NCBI GenBank assembly: GCA_030066595.1
Contig: JASJBI010000057.1
Span: 40,021-104,020, forward strand
From: Alphaproteobacteria bacterium
Lineage (GTDB): Bacteria; Pseudomonadota; Alphaproteobacteria; JAJFFI01
DNA: 64,000 nt
Direction of reading: 5' to 3'
Each line of letters begins with the position of its first letter. The first letter of the stretch is position 1. The translations under genes and the position numbers were made by a program. Below the pieces are notes generated by a model. It saw only the letters and a list, made by a program, of their open reading frames with translations, had not been told where the DNA came from and did not search any database. Shown in pieces: positions 39,703 through 49,734 of the stretch.

Positions 39703-41511
39703 TCATTCCGCCGCCTCCGGCACGCCGGCGGAGGGCGTCACCGGCCACTGGGTCTTGGCGATCTTGCGGCAGAGCCGGTAGATGCGGCTCAGATTCTCGA
39801 TCATCTCCATTTCCCGCGTGAAGGTGCGCAGCCGGTTCGGTTCCTGGGCCACCAGGCGGCTGACCTCGTGGCGAGCCGTTTCTTGGGCCAGCTCGGCCAT
39901 GTCCTTCTTCATGCCTTTGACCCGCAAGGCGGCCGCCGGATCCTCCTCTCGAACCGCCTGAACGGACGTGTGAAAGGCTTCCGTGACCTGGTCGTGATAG
40001 CGCTGGATCACGGCCCGCGTCTCGTCGCTCACGGCCACGTCCTCCTCGATTCGCCGGCGCCCGATGGTGACCAGGTTGGTCTCCATGATATCGCCGATCT
40101 GCTCGAGGTTGTTGGCCACCAGCAAGAGATCCATGATCTCCGCAGTTTCCTCCGGCGAGAGCTCCTCGCGGCTCACCTGACCGAGATAACGGACGATGTG
40201 CCCATGCAGGACGTCGATATCCGCGTCCATTGCGGCAAGCCTCTCCAGGTCCTCCTCGGAGCCCGATACCACGGCCGGCAAGCTGGCCTGCAGCATCTCC
40301 TCGGTCAGATCGCCCAGGCGCCCGATCTCGCGCCGGGCCCGGTCGAGCGCCAGCGCCGGCGTCGACAGCAGCTCCTTGTCGAGATAGCGGGCCTGGATGA
40401 CCGCCGGCTCGACCATCGGCCGGTCGGGCACGAGCCACTCGGCGAAACGCGCGACCAGGCCGGCAGCCGGCAGGAACGCGAGGGCGAAGAAAACGTTGAA
40501 GGTGGTGTGGGCGTTGGCGATCTGGCGCGGCGTTTCGGCGGCCAGCTTGTCCATGCCGGTGACGCCTTGCGCGACCGGTGAGATCGAGCGCACGAATTCG
40601 GCGAGCATGGGAATGAACCACACGGCGATCGCGACGCCCGCGACGTTGAAGGTGACGTGCGCCACCGACACGCGAACGGCCTCCCGGGGCTTGCCGATGG
40701 CGGCGAGCCCCGCCGTGACGCAGGTTCCGATGTTGGCCCCCATGATCAGGGCGATGCCGCCTTCGAGGCTGATCAGACCCTGGGACGCCATCGCAATGAC
40801 AACACCCGTGGTCGCCGAGGACGACTGGATCAGGCCGGTGAAGGCCGCGGAGATCAGAATTCCCACGGCCGGAGTCGACACCTCGCGCATCAGCTCGATG
40901 AAGGGCTCGTAGGTGCGCAGCGGCTTCATGCCCGAGCTCATGATCCCCATGCCGAAGAAGATCAGCCCCAGCCCCATGACCAGCGCGCCATATTGCTTTA
41001 TCCGCTCGGACTTGCCGGTGAAGATCAGGACGAAGCCGACGGCCACCAGAAGAAGCGCGTAATGGGTGACCTTGAAGGCGACGATCTGGGCGGTAATCGT
41101 CGTGCCGATATTGGCGCCGAAGATGACGCCGACGGCCTGCGACAAGGACATCAGCCCGGCGGTCACGAATCCCACCAACATCACGGTGGTCACCGAGGAG
41201 GACTGAATGACCGCGGTGACGAAGGTCCCCGTGAGTGCGCCCATGAACCGATTTGTCGTGAGCTTGCCCAAAATGGTCTTCATCCGGTTCCCGGCGACCT
41301 TCTTGAGGGCCTCGGCCATCTGCTCCATGCCGAACAGGAACACGGCAAGCCCGCCGAAGAGCTGCATGCCCATCGTTCCCCACGCGATCGGCTTGCCTTC
41401 CGCCGCGGCGAGAGCGGGCGTGGACGCGATCCAGGCCGCCGCCGCCAAAATGAGAAAGATCCCGGTGTACAGGATCCGGTTCTTGGCGCTGGCGTGATGA
41501 ATGCTTCCCAT
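39703..41511 (-). CDS. Na/Pi cotransporter family protein (NptA-like) with C-terminal PhoU-like domain
   Basis: Duplicated Na/Pi cotransporter repeats (GANIGTTITAQIVAF...; GANIGTCVTAGLAAI) followed by a helical PhoU-like tail. ATG at 41511 with SD GGGGG upstream. Confidence 0.8.
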   Translation of the reverse strand: MGSIHHASAKNRILYTGIFLILAAAAWIASTPALAAAEGKPIAWGTMGMQLFGGLAVFLFGMEQMAEALKKVAGNRMKTILGKLTTNRFMGALTGTFVTAVIQSSSVTTVMLVGFVTAGLMSLSQAVGVIFGANIGTTITAQIVAFKVTHYALLLVAVGFVLIFTGKSERIKQYGALVMGLGLIFFGMGIMSSGMKPLRTYEPFIELMREVSTPAVGILISAAFTGLIQSSSATTGVVIAMASQGLISLEGGIALIMGANIGTCVTAGLAAIGKPREAVRVSVAHVTFNVAGVAIAVWFIPMLAEFVRSISPVAQGVTGMDKLAAETPRQIANAHTTFNVFFALAFLPAAGLVARFAEWLVPDRPMVEPAVIQARYLDKELLSTPALALDRARREIGRLGDLTEEMLQASLPAVVSGSEEDLERLAAMDADIDVLHGHIVRYLGQVSREELSPEETAEIMDLLLVANNLEQIGDIMETNLVTIGRRRIEEDVAVSDETRAVIQRYHDQVTEAFHTSVQAVREEDPAAALRVKGMKKDMAELAQETARHEVSRLVAQEPNRLRTFTREMEMIENLSRIYRLCRKIAKTQWPVTPSAGVPEAAE

Positions 41512-41606
41512 TGCGTTACCCCCTGCGGTTCTCTTATCGGCAGCCGGTTTTGTGCCCAGCAGGCAAAGCCCCATCCGACAGCCCCGCCCCATATTTCTGC
41601 TGTCTG

Positions 41607-42111
41607 TCAACGATCATTTCTCGGCGCCTTGACGATTGTGACCGGGATCGGCGAGAGCTGGACCACCCGCTCGGCCTTGGAGCCCAACAGCAGATGCGGC
41701 AGGCCGGTGCGCCCACGGCTTCCCATCACGATCATGCGGGCGCCGGTGTTGGTGGCCGCTTCCAGAATGCGCGTATCCGGAATGCCCTTGACCAGGGTCG
41801 TCTCGGCGGTTGCCAGCGCCTCGAGCTGCGGATGTTCCTCCCGCGCCGTGGCGACGAACTCGTCCATCATTTCCCGGGCGACGTCTTCCATGGGCTGCAA
41901 GTGATCTTTCTGGTTCTTGCGATAGGAGCCCGGCGCCTCGGCCGGATCGTGCACCACATGCAGAATGCGAACCGGTGCACCGACAGTGGCTGCATACTCG
42001 CAGGCCCATCGCAAGGCCGCCTCGGAATCGGCCGTGAAGTCGACGGCCACCAGGATCGGGCCGTCGTCGCTCGGATGCTCGGTGGATTTGGCCGTCTGGG
42101 TTTCGCTCACC
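41607..42111 (-). CDS. Universal stress protein (UspA family)
   Basis: ILVAVDFTADSEAALRWACEYAATVGAPVRILHVVHDP...VMGSRGRTGLPHLLLGSKAERVVQLSPIPVTIVK. GTG start at 42111 after SD GGGGGGAGAG. The track merges it with a long antisense ORF (41607-43760). Confidence 0.8.
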
Positions 42112-42194
42112 TCTCCCCCCCATATCTCCGCCCGCCGACGCAGCGGTCCGGCGCCGACTTGGTCGCAACCTAGCGAATGAGGTTGGCTCGGAAA

Positions 42195-42208
42195 TTGAGG
42201 TGGATCAA
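42195..42208. promoter_or_regulatory. FixK/FNR-type box TTGAGGTGGATCAA
   Basis: Perfect TTGA-N6-TCAA palindrome, about 85 nt upstream of the usp start at 42111 (minus strand). Confidence 0.55.
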
Positions 42209-42234
42209 GATCTAGTTGGCTGGCGCCACAACAA

Positions 42235-42248
42235 TTGAGCCACATCAA
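42235..42248. promoter_or_regulatory. FixK/FNR-type box TTGAGCCACATCAA
   Basis: Second perfect box in the same divergent intergenic region, 40 bp from the first and about 210 nt upstream of the CNNM gene start at 42456. Confidence 0.5.
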
Positions 42249-42455
42249 TTTCTGCAGTGCACAATTCCCCCTATATCTTGCGCTGGCAAAAAGCGCGGAC
42301 GAAACGGTACACTCCGGGCGGCGAGAGACCGGCCTGAGCGGCTGCCTTCCGCCATCTGGCCGATAGCGGCAGGCGCTCGCGCGTGGCGGTCTGGGACGCC
42401 TTGGTCCAGCCGGCCGGTGTCGCGAGCGATCGTCCGCCGGGGGAGGGAGAGGTGC

Positions 42456-44135
42456 ATGGACGGGACCGTCCTGGACATCGCGCGGATGTGGGAGGCGACC
42501 CAGGCCTTCTTCGCCTTCGACACGGCGCGCCTGCTCGCGCCCGGTATCATCGCCGCGCTCGTCCTGCAGGTCTTCCTGTTCGTCTGTTCCGCTTTCTTTT
42601 CCGGCTCTGAAACCGCGCTGTTCTCGCTGTCGCGGCTCGATCTGCAAAAGCTGCGACGCGAGCGGCACCCGCGCTCGGAAGTGCTGCATGCGCTCTTGGA
42701 CCAGCCGCGGCGCCTGATCATTTCGATCCTCTGCGGCAATGAACTCGTCAATATCGCGGCGACTGCAAATCTGGCCGGCATCCTGGTCTATCTGTACGGC
42801 GAGGATCGGGCCGGCCTGATCAACGTGCTGGTGATGTTTCCCCTGCTGCTGCTCTTCGGTGAAGTGACGCCGAAGACCATCGCGGTCAGCAATCCGGTCC
42901 GCATCAGCGCCGGCCTGGTGGCCTCTCCCTTGAGCGTCTGGGCCAAGCTGATCACGCCGCTGCGGCGGGTGGTCCGGATCGCGGCAGATCGGGTGACCAC
43001 TTGGATCGTTGGCGCGGAACGGGCGCGGGAGAACATCCTCCATGTGGACGAACTGCGCACCTTGCTGGAGGACGTGGAGCATGAAGGCGTCCTGGACGCG
43101 ACCGAACGGGTCCTGATCGACAATCTGCTGGAGGCGAGCGAGACGGAGATCGTCGAGATCATGACGCCCCGCACGCGCATCGACTTCCTCCGGGACGACA
43201 TGGCGGTGCCGGAGATCGTCAAGCATTTTCGGGCCTTCTGCCATCCCCGCGTTCCGGTCTGCCACGAGCATCACGACAACCTTGTCGGCTTCATTCATGC
43301 CGAGGATGTGGTCCGGCTCGTGCTCGACGGCGTCGACCTCTCGACGCTTGCGCTCGACGACATCATGCATCCGCCGGTCGTCGCGCCGCCGACCAAGCAT
43401 GTCGACGAGATGTTTGATTTCTTTGAGGCCAACAATGCGCGCGCGGCCGTGGTGCTGAACGAGTTCGGCGGCGTCGAGGGTCTGATCACCATGCGGGACG
43501 TGGTCAACTTCATCTTCGGCGAGATCTCGGAAGGCCTCGGGGGCCAGCACCTCTACCAAGAGCGAGACGAGAACGTCTATGTGGTGCCCGGCCAGATGAA
43601 GCTGACGGACTTCAACGACCTCACGAATTTCGGCATCGAGGACCCGCGCATGACGACGATCGGCGGCGTGGTCTTTCGCTATCTCGACCGTTTGCCCAAG
43701 GTCGGTGATCGCGTTGCCATGGACGGCTTCGTCGCCACCGTGCTGGAAATGGACGGGCATCGGCTGGCCAAGGTGCGCATCGCAAAGGGAACGATCGAGG
43801 AAGAAGAGCAGCGGGAAGCGAGCCGGCAGGCCGACGAAGCCGCCGCGGAGGCGAATTCGAAGCCGGCGCCGAAAGCCGGGAAGTCCGAGAAGAAGATCGC
43901 CGATGCGTCATCGAAAGGCGGTCCATCGAAAGAAAAAGATAAGGCAGCAAGAGAAAAGGCACCGAAAGCCAAGCCGGCGCCGGCTGCCACGACTTCCCGG
44001 GACGACGAGGACGCGCCCTTGGCGTCCGCCAAAGTCGTCGAGCTTGCGGCGCTCATGGAAGACGCCGCCAAGCCGGCGGCGGCGGAAAAGCGCGACGCGC
44101 CCGAGCGCGGCAAGAAAGGCAAGGAGAGGAGCTAG
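42456..44135 (+). CDS. CNNM/CorC/TlyC-family transporter (DUF21 + CBS pair + CorC_HlyC) with a Lys/Ala/Glu-rich C-terminal tail
   Basis: DUF21 membrane domain (FFSGSETALFSLSRLDLQKL), CBS pair, CorC_HlyC region, then about 100 aa of KA/E-rich low complexity. Start ATG at 42456 (MDGTVLD). Confidence 0.8.
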   Translation: MDGTVLDIARMWEATQAFFAFDTARLLAPGIIAALVLQVFLFVCSAFFSGSETALFSLSRLDLQKLRRERHPRSEVLHALLDQPRRLIISILCGNELVNIAATANLAGILVYLYGEDRAGLINVLVMFPLLLLFGEVTPKTIAVSNPVRISAGLVASPLSVWAKLITPLRRVVRIAADRVTTWIVGAERARENILHVDELRTLLEDVEHEGVLDATERVLIDNLLEASETEIVEIMTPRTRIDFLRDDMAVPEIVKHFRAFCHPRVPVCHEHHDNLVGFIHAEDVVRLVLDGVDLSTLALDDIMHPPVVAPPTKHVDEMFDFFEANNARAAVVLNEFGGVEGLITMRDVVNFIFGEISEGLGGQHLYQERDENVYVVPGQMKLTDFNDLTNFGIEDPRMTTIGGVVFRYLDRLPKVGDRVAMDGFVATVLEMDGHRLAKVRIAKGTIEEEEQREASRQADEAAAEANSKPAPKAGKSEKKIADASSKGGPSKEKDKAAREKAPKAKPAPAATTSRDDEDAPLASAKVVELAALMEDAAKPAAAEKRDAPERGKKGKERS

Positions 44136-44138
44136 CCG

Positions 44139-45434
44139 ATGATTACCGAAATGCTCCTGGCGATCCTGGCCATGCTGCTGTTCTTGGCGCTCAAGGGCTT
44201 CTTCTCGGGCTCGGAAATCGCTCTGGTCAACGCCGACAAGATCAAGCTCCGCCACCGGGCCAAACAGGGTCACCGCGGCGCCGAGTTGTCGCTGAAGCTC
44301 TTGCAGGCGCCGGACGTGCTGCTGAGTACGACCCTGGTGGGCACCAATATCTGCACGGTGGTGCTCACGACCATCGGCGCCTTGCTGATGATCCGGCTGT
44401 TCGGCGAGCTTGGCGAGGTCTACGCCTTCCTGATCCTGACGCCGTTGCTGCTGGTGCTCGGCGAGATCGTGCCCAAGAGTGTCTACCAGCAGAAGTCCGA
44501 TCGGCTGACGCCGATCATCATCTATCCGCTGCGTTGGGCCTCGTATCTGTTCTATCCGGTGGTCTTCGTGTTCTCCCGCGTGGCGCGGCTCACCGCGCGG
44601 CTGGCCGGCGCCGGTAAGCGGGAGCAGCCGTTCTTCATCACGCGGGAGCAGCTCCGCATGCTGCTCGACGTGGCCGAGCACGGACCGGCGATGGACGCCT
44701 TCGGCAAGGGCCGCATCCGCCGGGTCATCCGCTTTGCCGAGACGACCGTGGCCGAGGCCATGATCCCGATCGCCGAGGCAACGGCGATCAGCCGCAGCAG
44801 CAGCACGGCGACGGCGGTCGATCTGGTCCGCAAGCACGGCTATAACCGCCTGCCGGTGTTCGAGAGCAGCACCAGCAATATCGTCGGCATCGTCACCTTG
44901 ACCACCTGGGACCTGATGGACCCGGAACTCAGGGAACGGCCGCTCGAGAGCCTGATCAAGCCCGCCCTCTACGTCTCGCCCCTGCAGACGATCGACCAGC
45001 TGTTGCCGGTCCTGCGACGGCGGCCGGACCATATGGCCATCGTCGTCGACGAATTCGGCACCGCGATCGGCATGATCACCATGGAGGACATCGTCGAAGA
45101 GGTCGTTGGCGAGATCGATGTGGGCTACGACTTCGAGGAGTACCTGCCGAAAAGGAAGCGGGTCTACGAGAAGCTTGCCGAAGAGGTCTATCTGATGGAC
45201 TCGCGGCTCTCGGTTTCGGAAGCCAACGAGGTGCTTGCCATCAACCTGCCGACCACCGAGTTCCATACCGTGGGCGGTCTGGTTCTGGCGCGGCTCCGCC
45301 ATATTCCCGAGATCGGCGAATACATCGGCGAAGAGGGCTATCGCTTTACGGTGGTCGAGGCCAGCGACCGGGCGATCCTGAGGCTGCGGGTCGAACCCGA
45401 ACACCTTGTCGGCCAGGCCGACGAGCCGGTCTAG
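44139..45434 (+). CDS. CNNM/CorC-family Mg2+/Co2+ transporter (DUF21-CBS-CorC_HlyC)
   Basis: FFSGSEIALVNADKIKL..., CBS pair, and a C-terminal transporter-associated domain. Confidence 0.85.
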   Translation: MITEMLLAILAMLLFLALKGFFSGSEIALVNADKIKLRHRAKQGHRGAELSLKLLQAPDVLLSTTLVGTNICTVVLTTIGALLMIRLFGELGEVYAFLILTPLLLVLGEIVPKSVYQQKSDRLTPIIIYPLRWASYLFYPVVFVFSRVARLTARLAGAGKREQPFFITREQLRMLLDVAEHGPAMDAFGKGRIRRVIRFAETTVAEAMIPIAEATAISRSSSTATAVDLVRKHGYNRLPVFESSTSNIVGIVTLTTWDLMDPELRERPLESLIKPALYVSPLQTIDQLLPVLRRRPDHMAIVVDEFGTAIGMITMEDIVEEVVGEIDVGYDFEEYLPKRKRVYEKLAEEVYLMDSRLSVSEANEVLAINLPTTEFHTVGGLVLARLRHIPEIGEYIGEEGYRFTVVEASDRAILRLRVEPEHLVGQADEPV

Positions 45435-45475
45435 CGTAACCGGACCTCCGAGGCGAGTGAGCCGTCGGAAAGCAT

Positions 45476-46786
45476 TCAGGACCGTTGTGGATTTGGCAGC
45501 CGCGCATCTCGTCCAATGCGGCCTGGTGACTCTGTCTCAGGATCCTCGCTGGCGTCGGGTTGCCGGCGCCTGATCGTCACCCGGTCAATCCGCCGCGGCG
45601 ATGCCTCGGAAATCTTCACCTCCAGGCCGTCAATGGTGAAGACGGAGTCTTTCTTGGGAATCGATTCGGTGCGGGTCAGAATCCAGAGGCTCACCGTATC
45701 GGTGGGTTTACCTGGAAGGTCCAGGTCAAAGAAATCTTCCACCACGCGTAGCTCTGTCGATCCATCGACGGCTAGCTCGTGCTCGGAAACCCTGGTCGCC
45801 ATGGTCTGTGCAACGTCACTCTCGTCGAAGATTTCACCCACCAGCTCTTCGAGGAGGTCTTCAAGGGTCACGATGCCCCGGATCATGCCGTGTTCATCCA
45901 CGACGATGGCAAGGTGGCGCTTGTTTCGCAGCAGTTTCGAGAATAATTCGTCGATGGCCTGATATTGGGGGACAAACAGGGGGTCGTGGGCGTACTCGTC
46001 GAGCCGTGCATTGGTCTGGCCGTCGGCCACCGCGTTGAGCAGATCGCGCAGATACAATATCTTGTAAAGATTGTTCCGATTTTCATCGTGAAGTGGAATG
46101 CGGGTGTATGAGCCTACTGCCACCAGAGGCAACGCCTCGGCGACCGTTTTGCTTCCGTCGAGCGAGAAGACTTCGTCGTGCGGCGTCATCACGTCCCGGA
46201 CCTTGAGGTCATGAAACTCGAACACGCGCTCGATGATTTCGCGCTCGCCGTGGTCGATCGTGCCCTCCCGCTCGCCGTGCCCCAGCATGCTGATCAGCTC
46301 TGACTCGGTAATCGTAGGGTCGCTCGTTGCGCCGGTTTGTTTGTGTACCCAAGTGGTGAACTTGCCGAACAGCCAGACGAGCGGATAAATCAAGCGCATG
46401 AAGGCGAGCAATGGTGGCGCGATGGTGAGCGAAATTCGCTCCGAGTACCGAGTCGCGAGACTCTTCGGCGTTATTTCACCGAAGACCAGAATCATGATGG
46501 TCAATACGCCGACCGCGACGCCGGGGCCCGCGCTGCCGAACAATCTCGTTGCGAGAACCGTCGCCATGACCGATGCAGCGATGTTCACGAGATTGTTTCC
46601 GATCAATATCGTCGTCAGCATCCGAGAGGGGTCTCGCTTGAGCTGATGCAGGGCGCGCGCCCCCCCGCGCCCCTCCTTGACGAGGGCCTCGACCCGACCG
46701 ATGGACAGGTCCACCAACGCCGTCTCCGACCCGGAGAACACGCCGGATAGGATCAACAGCACCAGCAAGATGAAGAGCTCTGTCAT
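45476..46786 (-). CDS. CNNM/CorC-family Mg2+/Co2+ transporter (DUF21-CBS-CorC_HlyC)
   Basis: MTELFILLVLLILSGVFSGSETALVDLSIGRVEAL..., CBS pair, CorC_HlyC. This is the third paralog in a row. Confidence 0.85.
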   Translation of the reverse strand: MTELFILLVLLILSGVFSGSETALVDLSIGRVEALVKEGRGGARALHQLKRDPSRMLTTILIGNNLVNIAASVMATVLATRLFGSAGPGVAVGVLTIMILVFGEITPKSLATRYSERISLTIAPPLLAFMRLIYPLVWLFGKFTTWVHKQTGATSDPTITESELISMLGHGEREGTIDHGEREIIERVFEFHDLKVRDVMTPHDEVFSLDGSKTVAEALPLVAVGSYTRIPLHDENRNNLYKILYLRDLLNAVADGQTNARLDEYAHDPLFVPQYQAIDELFSKLLRNKRHLAIVVDEHGMIRGIVTLEDLLEELVGEIFDESDVAQTMATRVSEHELAVDGSTELRVVEDFFDLDLPGKPTDTVSLWILTRTESIPKKDSVFTIDGLEVKISEASPRRIDRVTIRRRQPDASEDPETESPGRIGRDARLPNPQRS

Positions 46787-47182
46787 GGATTCAACCGACC
46801 GCTCCCGCGATCACGGGCCGGCCGCCTGACCCGGCCCCACTTATGGTGTCAAGCGCCAGTTTAGACTCCTAGCGGCTTGGCGAAAACGTCGATCTGTCTG
46901 GAGCCCATCCGGAGCCCAGGACAGACCAACGCGGTGGTGCCGGATGGCCTCCGGCCTTTCCCTGCCGAGCGGCCGCCACCATAGCCTGGGCGGCTTTTTG
47001 ATCGGTCTCGCAAAGGCGATCCCTCCGGAGGGCTCGGTCATGCAGTTCGAGGGCATCTCGTTCACGGTCGAGGCGGCCACCGATCAGGCAGTCCAGGAGG
47101 TCCGGGTGAAGCGGTGAATCCACGGCCGTGCCGGGGGTCTATCGCTGACACGCCCATCGGGCGAGGCCAAGTCCGGGCATTC

Positions 47183-47196
47183 TTGAGCTACGTCAA
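47183..47196. promoter_or_regulatory. FixK/FNR-type box TTGAGCTACGTCAA
   Basis: Perfect TTGA-N6-TCAA palindrome inside the 790-bp intergenic region. It is about 385 nt upstream of the ppk2 start (47579) and about 400 nt upstream of the CNNM gene start (46786, minus strand). Confidence 0.5.
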
Positions 47197-47578
47197 TTTC
47201 GAGATGGCATGCTATGGTTAGCCTAGTCGTGCTGAATCGGCGCGCGTCGGGACAGGATCCGGCGCTGGCTCAGACCGCGGGGTCCAAATTCACCGGCTCC
47301 CTTTTTGGTTTGCGGCCAGGACTGCCTGAGCGGCAGTGCGAAGAGACCGGTCAGCAGGGCTTCGCGCTGCTGTCGGCGGGGCAGTCGGCTCGTCAGCGGC
47401 AACGCGTAAGGGGAGATCGCTGGGAGGCGTGAAGATTCTTGTTTGCAGAAAGTTAATGCGACTCAAGGTATTGCGGTGGGGCCTGGCGGGCCATGGTTAA
47501 CCGGCCCGGGTGCCGCAACCGCATGCAAGAGCGCCTCCATCGCCGCGCCAGGCGGCCAACCAGGTGGTGGTAGAAACG

Positions 47579-49144
47579 ATGTTTGAGACCGCAGAAATCG
47601 GACGGAAGGTCGCCAAGGCGACCTACAACAAGCAAGTCCCGCTATTGCGGCTGGAGCTGCTCGAGGTTCAACAGGAACTGCGCCAGGCGGGGTTCCCCGC
47701 CATCGTGCTGTTCGGCGGCGTCGACGCGGCCGGCAAGAGCGAGACCGTCAATCTGCTCAACGAATGGATGGACCCGCGCTGGCTCACCACGTCCGCCTAC
47801 GTAGATCCCTCCGACGAGGAGAAGGAGCGGCCCGAGTTCTGGCGCTATTGGCGTGACCTGCCGCCGAAGGGACAGATCGGTCTGTTCCAGAGTGCCTGGT
47901 ATTCCAGGGCCATTCGGGCGCGGGTCTACGGGGGCCTTTCGGATGCCGGGTTCGACAAGGCGCTCGAGCGCATCGAGACCTTCGAGAAGGAGCTCGCCGA
48001 CGACGGCACACTGATCCTCAAGTTCTGGCTGCACCTCAGCCGGGAAGGCCAGAAAAAGCGCTTCAAAGCCTTGGAATCCGACCCGCTGACAAGCTGGCGG
48101 GTGGCCAAGACCGACTGGGAGAACCTCAAGCACTATGACGACTTCGTGGCCGCGTCCGAACGTGCGATCGCCCGCACCAGCACGGGCGAGGCGCCCTGGC
48201 ACATCGTCGAGGGCTACGACCTGCGCTACTGCGGTCTGAGCGTGGCAGAGACGCTCAGGGATGCGCTGCAGAAGCATTTGCGCGAAGCGGAAATCAAGCA
48301 AGAGCTCGTTGCTCAGATGCAGATCGACGAAAGCCTCGCCCAGGACGAGCCCGCAGCGGCGCCGAAGAAGGGTAACGGGGCCGATGAAGACGCGGGCGCA
48401 GGTGTCGTCCTCTCGCCGCGCGTGACCATCTTGAGCCGGCTGGACATGAACCAGACCCTGTCCAAGAGCGATTACCGCACCCAGTTGGCGAAGTATCAGG
48501 CCAAGCTGCACAAGCTGAACCGCGAGGCGATCAAGCGCAAACTTTCGTCGATTTTCGTGTTCGAGGGCTGGGACGCCGCCGGCAAGGGCGGCGCCATCCG
48601 CCGGATGACCCAGGCGCTCGATGCGCGGAGCTATCGGGTCATTCCGATCGCGGCGCCGACCGACGAAGAGAACCAGCACCACTATCTATGGCGGTTCTGG
48701 CGCCATATTTCGCGCGCCGGCCGGGTCACCATGTTCGACCGCAGCTGGTATGGCCGTGTGCTCGTGGAACGGGTCGAGGGCTTTGCCAGCGAGGCCGAAT
48801 GGCGGCGCGCCTACGGCGAGATCAACGATTTCGAGGAACAGCTGGTCAATCACGGCATCCTCCTGCTCAAGTTCTGGGTGCACGTCACACCGGAGGAGCA
48901 GTTGGTCCGGTTCAAGTCCCGTGAGGAGGTGCCGTACAAGCGCTGGAAGCTCACCGATGAGGACTGGCGCAACCGCGAGAAATGGGGCGACTACGAGGAG
49001 GCGGTCAACGACATGATCGAGCGGACCAGCACCGCCTCGGCGCCCTGGACCCTGGTTGAGGGCAACGACAAGCGGTTCTCCCGCGTGAAGGTGATCCAGA
49101 CCGTCTGTGACAGTTTGGAGGAGCGGCTCAAGGCTGAGGCCTAG
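47579..49144 (+). CDS. ppk2: Two-domain polyphosphate kinase 2 (PPK2 tandem domains; polyphosphate:AMP phosphotransferase type)
   Basis: Two PPK2 P-loop domains (FGGVDAAGKSET...; FEGWDAAGKGGAI...) each followed by conserved W/R lid regions. Confidence 0.85.
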   Translation: MFETAEIGRKVAKATYNKQVPLLRLELLEVQQELRQAGFPAIVLFGGVDAAGKSETVNLLNEWMDPRWLTTSAYVDPSDEEKERPEFWRYWRDLPPKGQIGLFQSAWYSRAIRARVYGGLSDAGFDKALERIETFEKELADDGTLILKFWLHLSREGQKKRFKALESDPLTSWRVAKTDWENLKHYDDFVAASERAIARTSTGEAPWHIVEGYDLRYCGLSVAETLRDALQKHLREAEIKQELVAQMQIDESLAQDEPAAAPKKGNGADEDAGAGVVLSPRVTILSRLDMNQTLSKSDYRTQLAKYQAKLHKLNREAIKRKLSSIFVFEGWDAAGKGGAIRRMTQALDARSYRVIPIAAPTDEENQHHYLWRFWRHISRAGRVTMFDRSWYGRVLVERVEGFASEAEWRRAYGEINDFEEQLVNHGILLLKFWVHVTPEEQLVRFKSREEVPYKRWKLTDEDWRNREKWGDYEEAVNDMIERTSTASAPWTLVEGNDKRFSRVKVIQTVCDSLEERLKAEA

Positions 49145-49176
49145 AAATCGATCCGTTCGATTGACCGGAAATCAGC

Positions 49177-49734
49177 TCAGGCCGAGAAGGCGCGGACCCG
49201 CCAGAGCCCGCCGGGACGGTCGGGCGGCTCGAAGCGAACCGGCAGCCCATGGGGCACGCTGCCGCCCCGGCCGATGTCGATCCCGGCATGCGCGCAGATC
49301 ATTCGAAAGACGCCTGAATGGGCCACGATCAGCGGTGGCGAGGAGCCGACGATCGCGTTGAGGCTGTCGGCCACGCGCGCCAGAAACGCCTGTTGTGTTT
49401 CGCCGCCCCGAGGCGACGTTCCGAACGGCCGCTCGCCCTTGGGGCGTCCCTGATAGATGCCCCAGTTCCTGGCCAGCAGACCAAAGAGGGGCCGCGTCGC
49501 CACGCGCGTCGCGCGGGAAACGATCGAGGCAGTTTCCAGCGCCCGGTCCAGGGGGCTCGTGTAGATCGCCGAAATGGCAGCCCCGGAGAGAAGCCCGGCC
49601 GCGGCCTCGGCCTGGGTCCGTCCCGCTCGACCGAGAGGCGTATCGAGCTGCCCTTGCAGAATCCCTGCCTGGTTCGCCTCGGTCTCGCCGTGGCGCAGGA
49701 AGTAGAAGGGCTGCTCTGGCAGCGGTGACAGCAT
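49177..49734 (-). CDS. Histidine phosphatase family protein (paralog of 29003-29554)
   Basis: FYFLRHGETEANQAGILQGQLDTPLGRAGRTQAEAAAGLL...IYTSPLDRALETASIVSR is about 60% identical to the other copy by eye. The track's 49818 start is an N-terminal extension. Confidence 0.75.
   Translation of the reverse strand: MLSPLPEQPFYFLRHGETEANQAGILQGQLDTPLGRAGRTQAEAAAGLLSGAAISAIYTSPLDRALETASIVSRATRVATRPLFGLLARNWGIYQGRPKGERPFGTSPRGGETQQAFLARVADSLNAIVGSSPPLIVAHSGVFRMICAHAGIDIGRGGSVPHGLPVRFEPPDRPGGLWRVRAFSA

Noticed and set aside
41607-43760. 717-aa minus-strand ORF in the track.
   Set aside because: Only the C-terminal 168 aa (41607-42111) form a genuine UspA protein, with a GTG start and strong SD. The upstream 550 aa are antisense to the CNNM gene and have junk-like composition.
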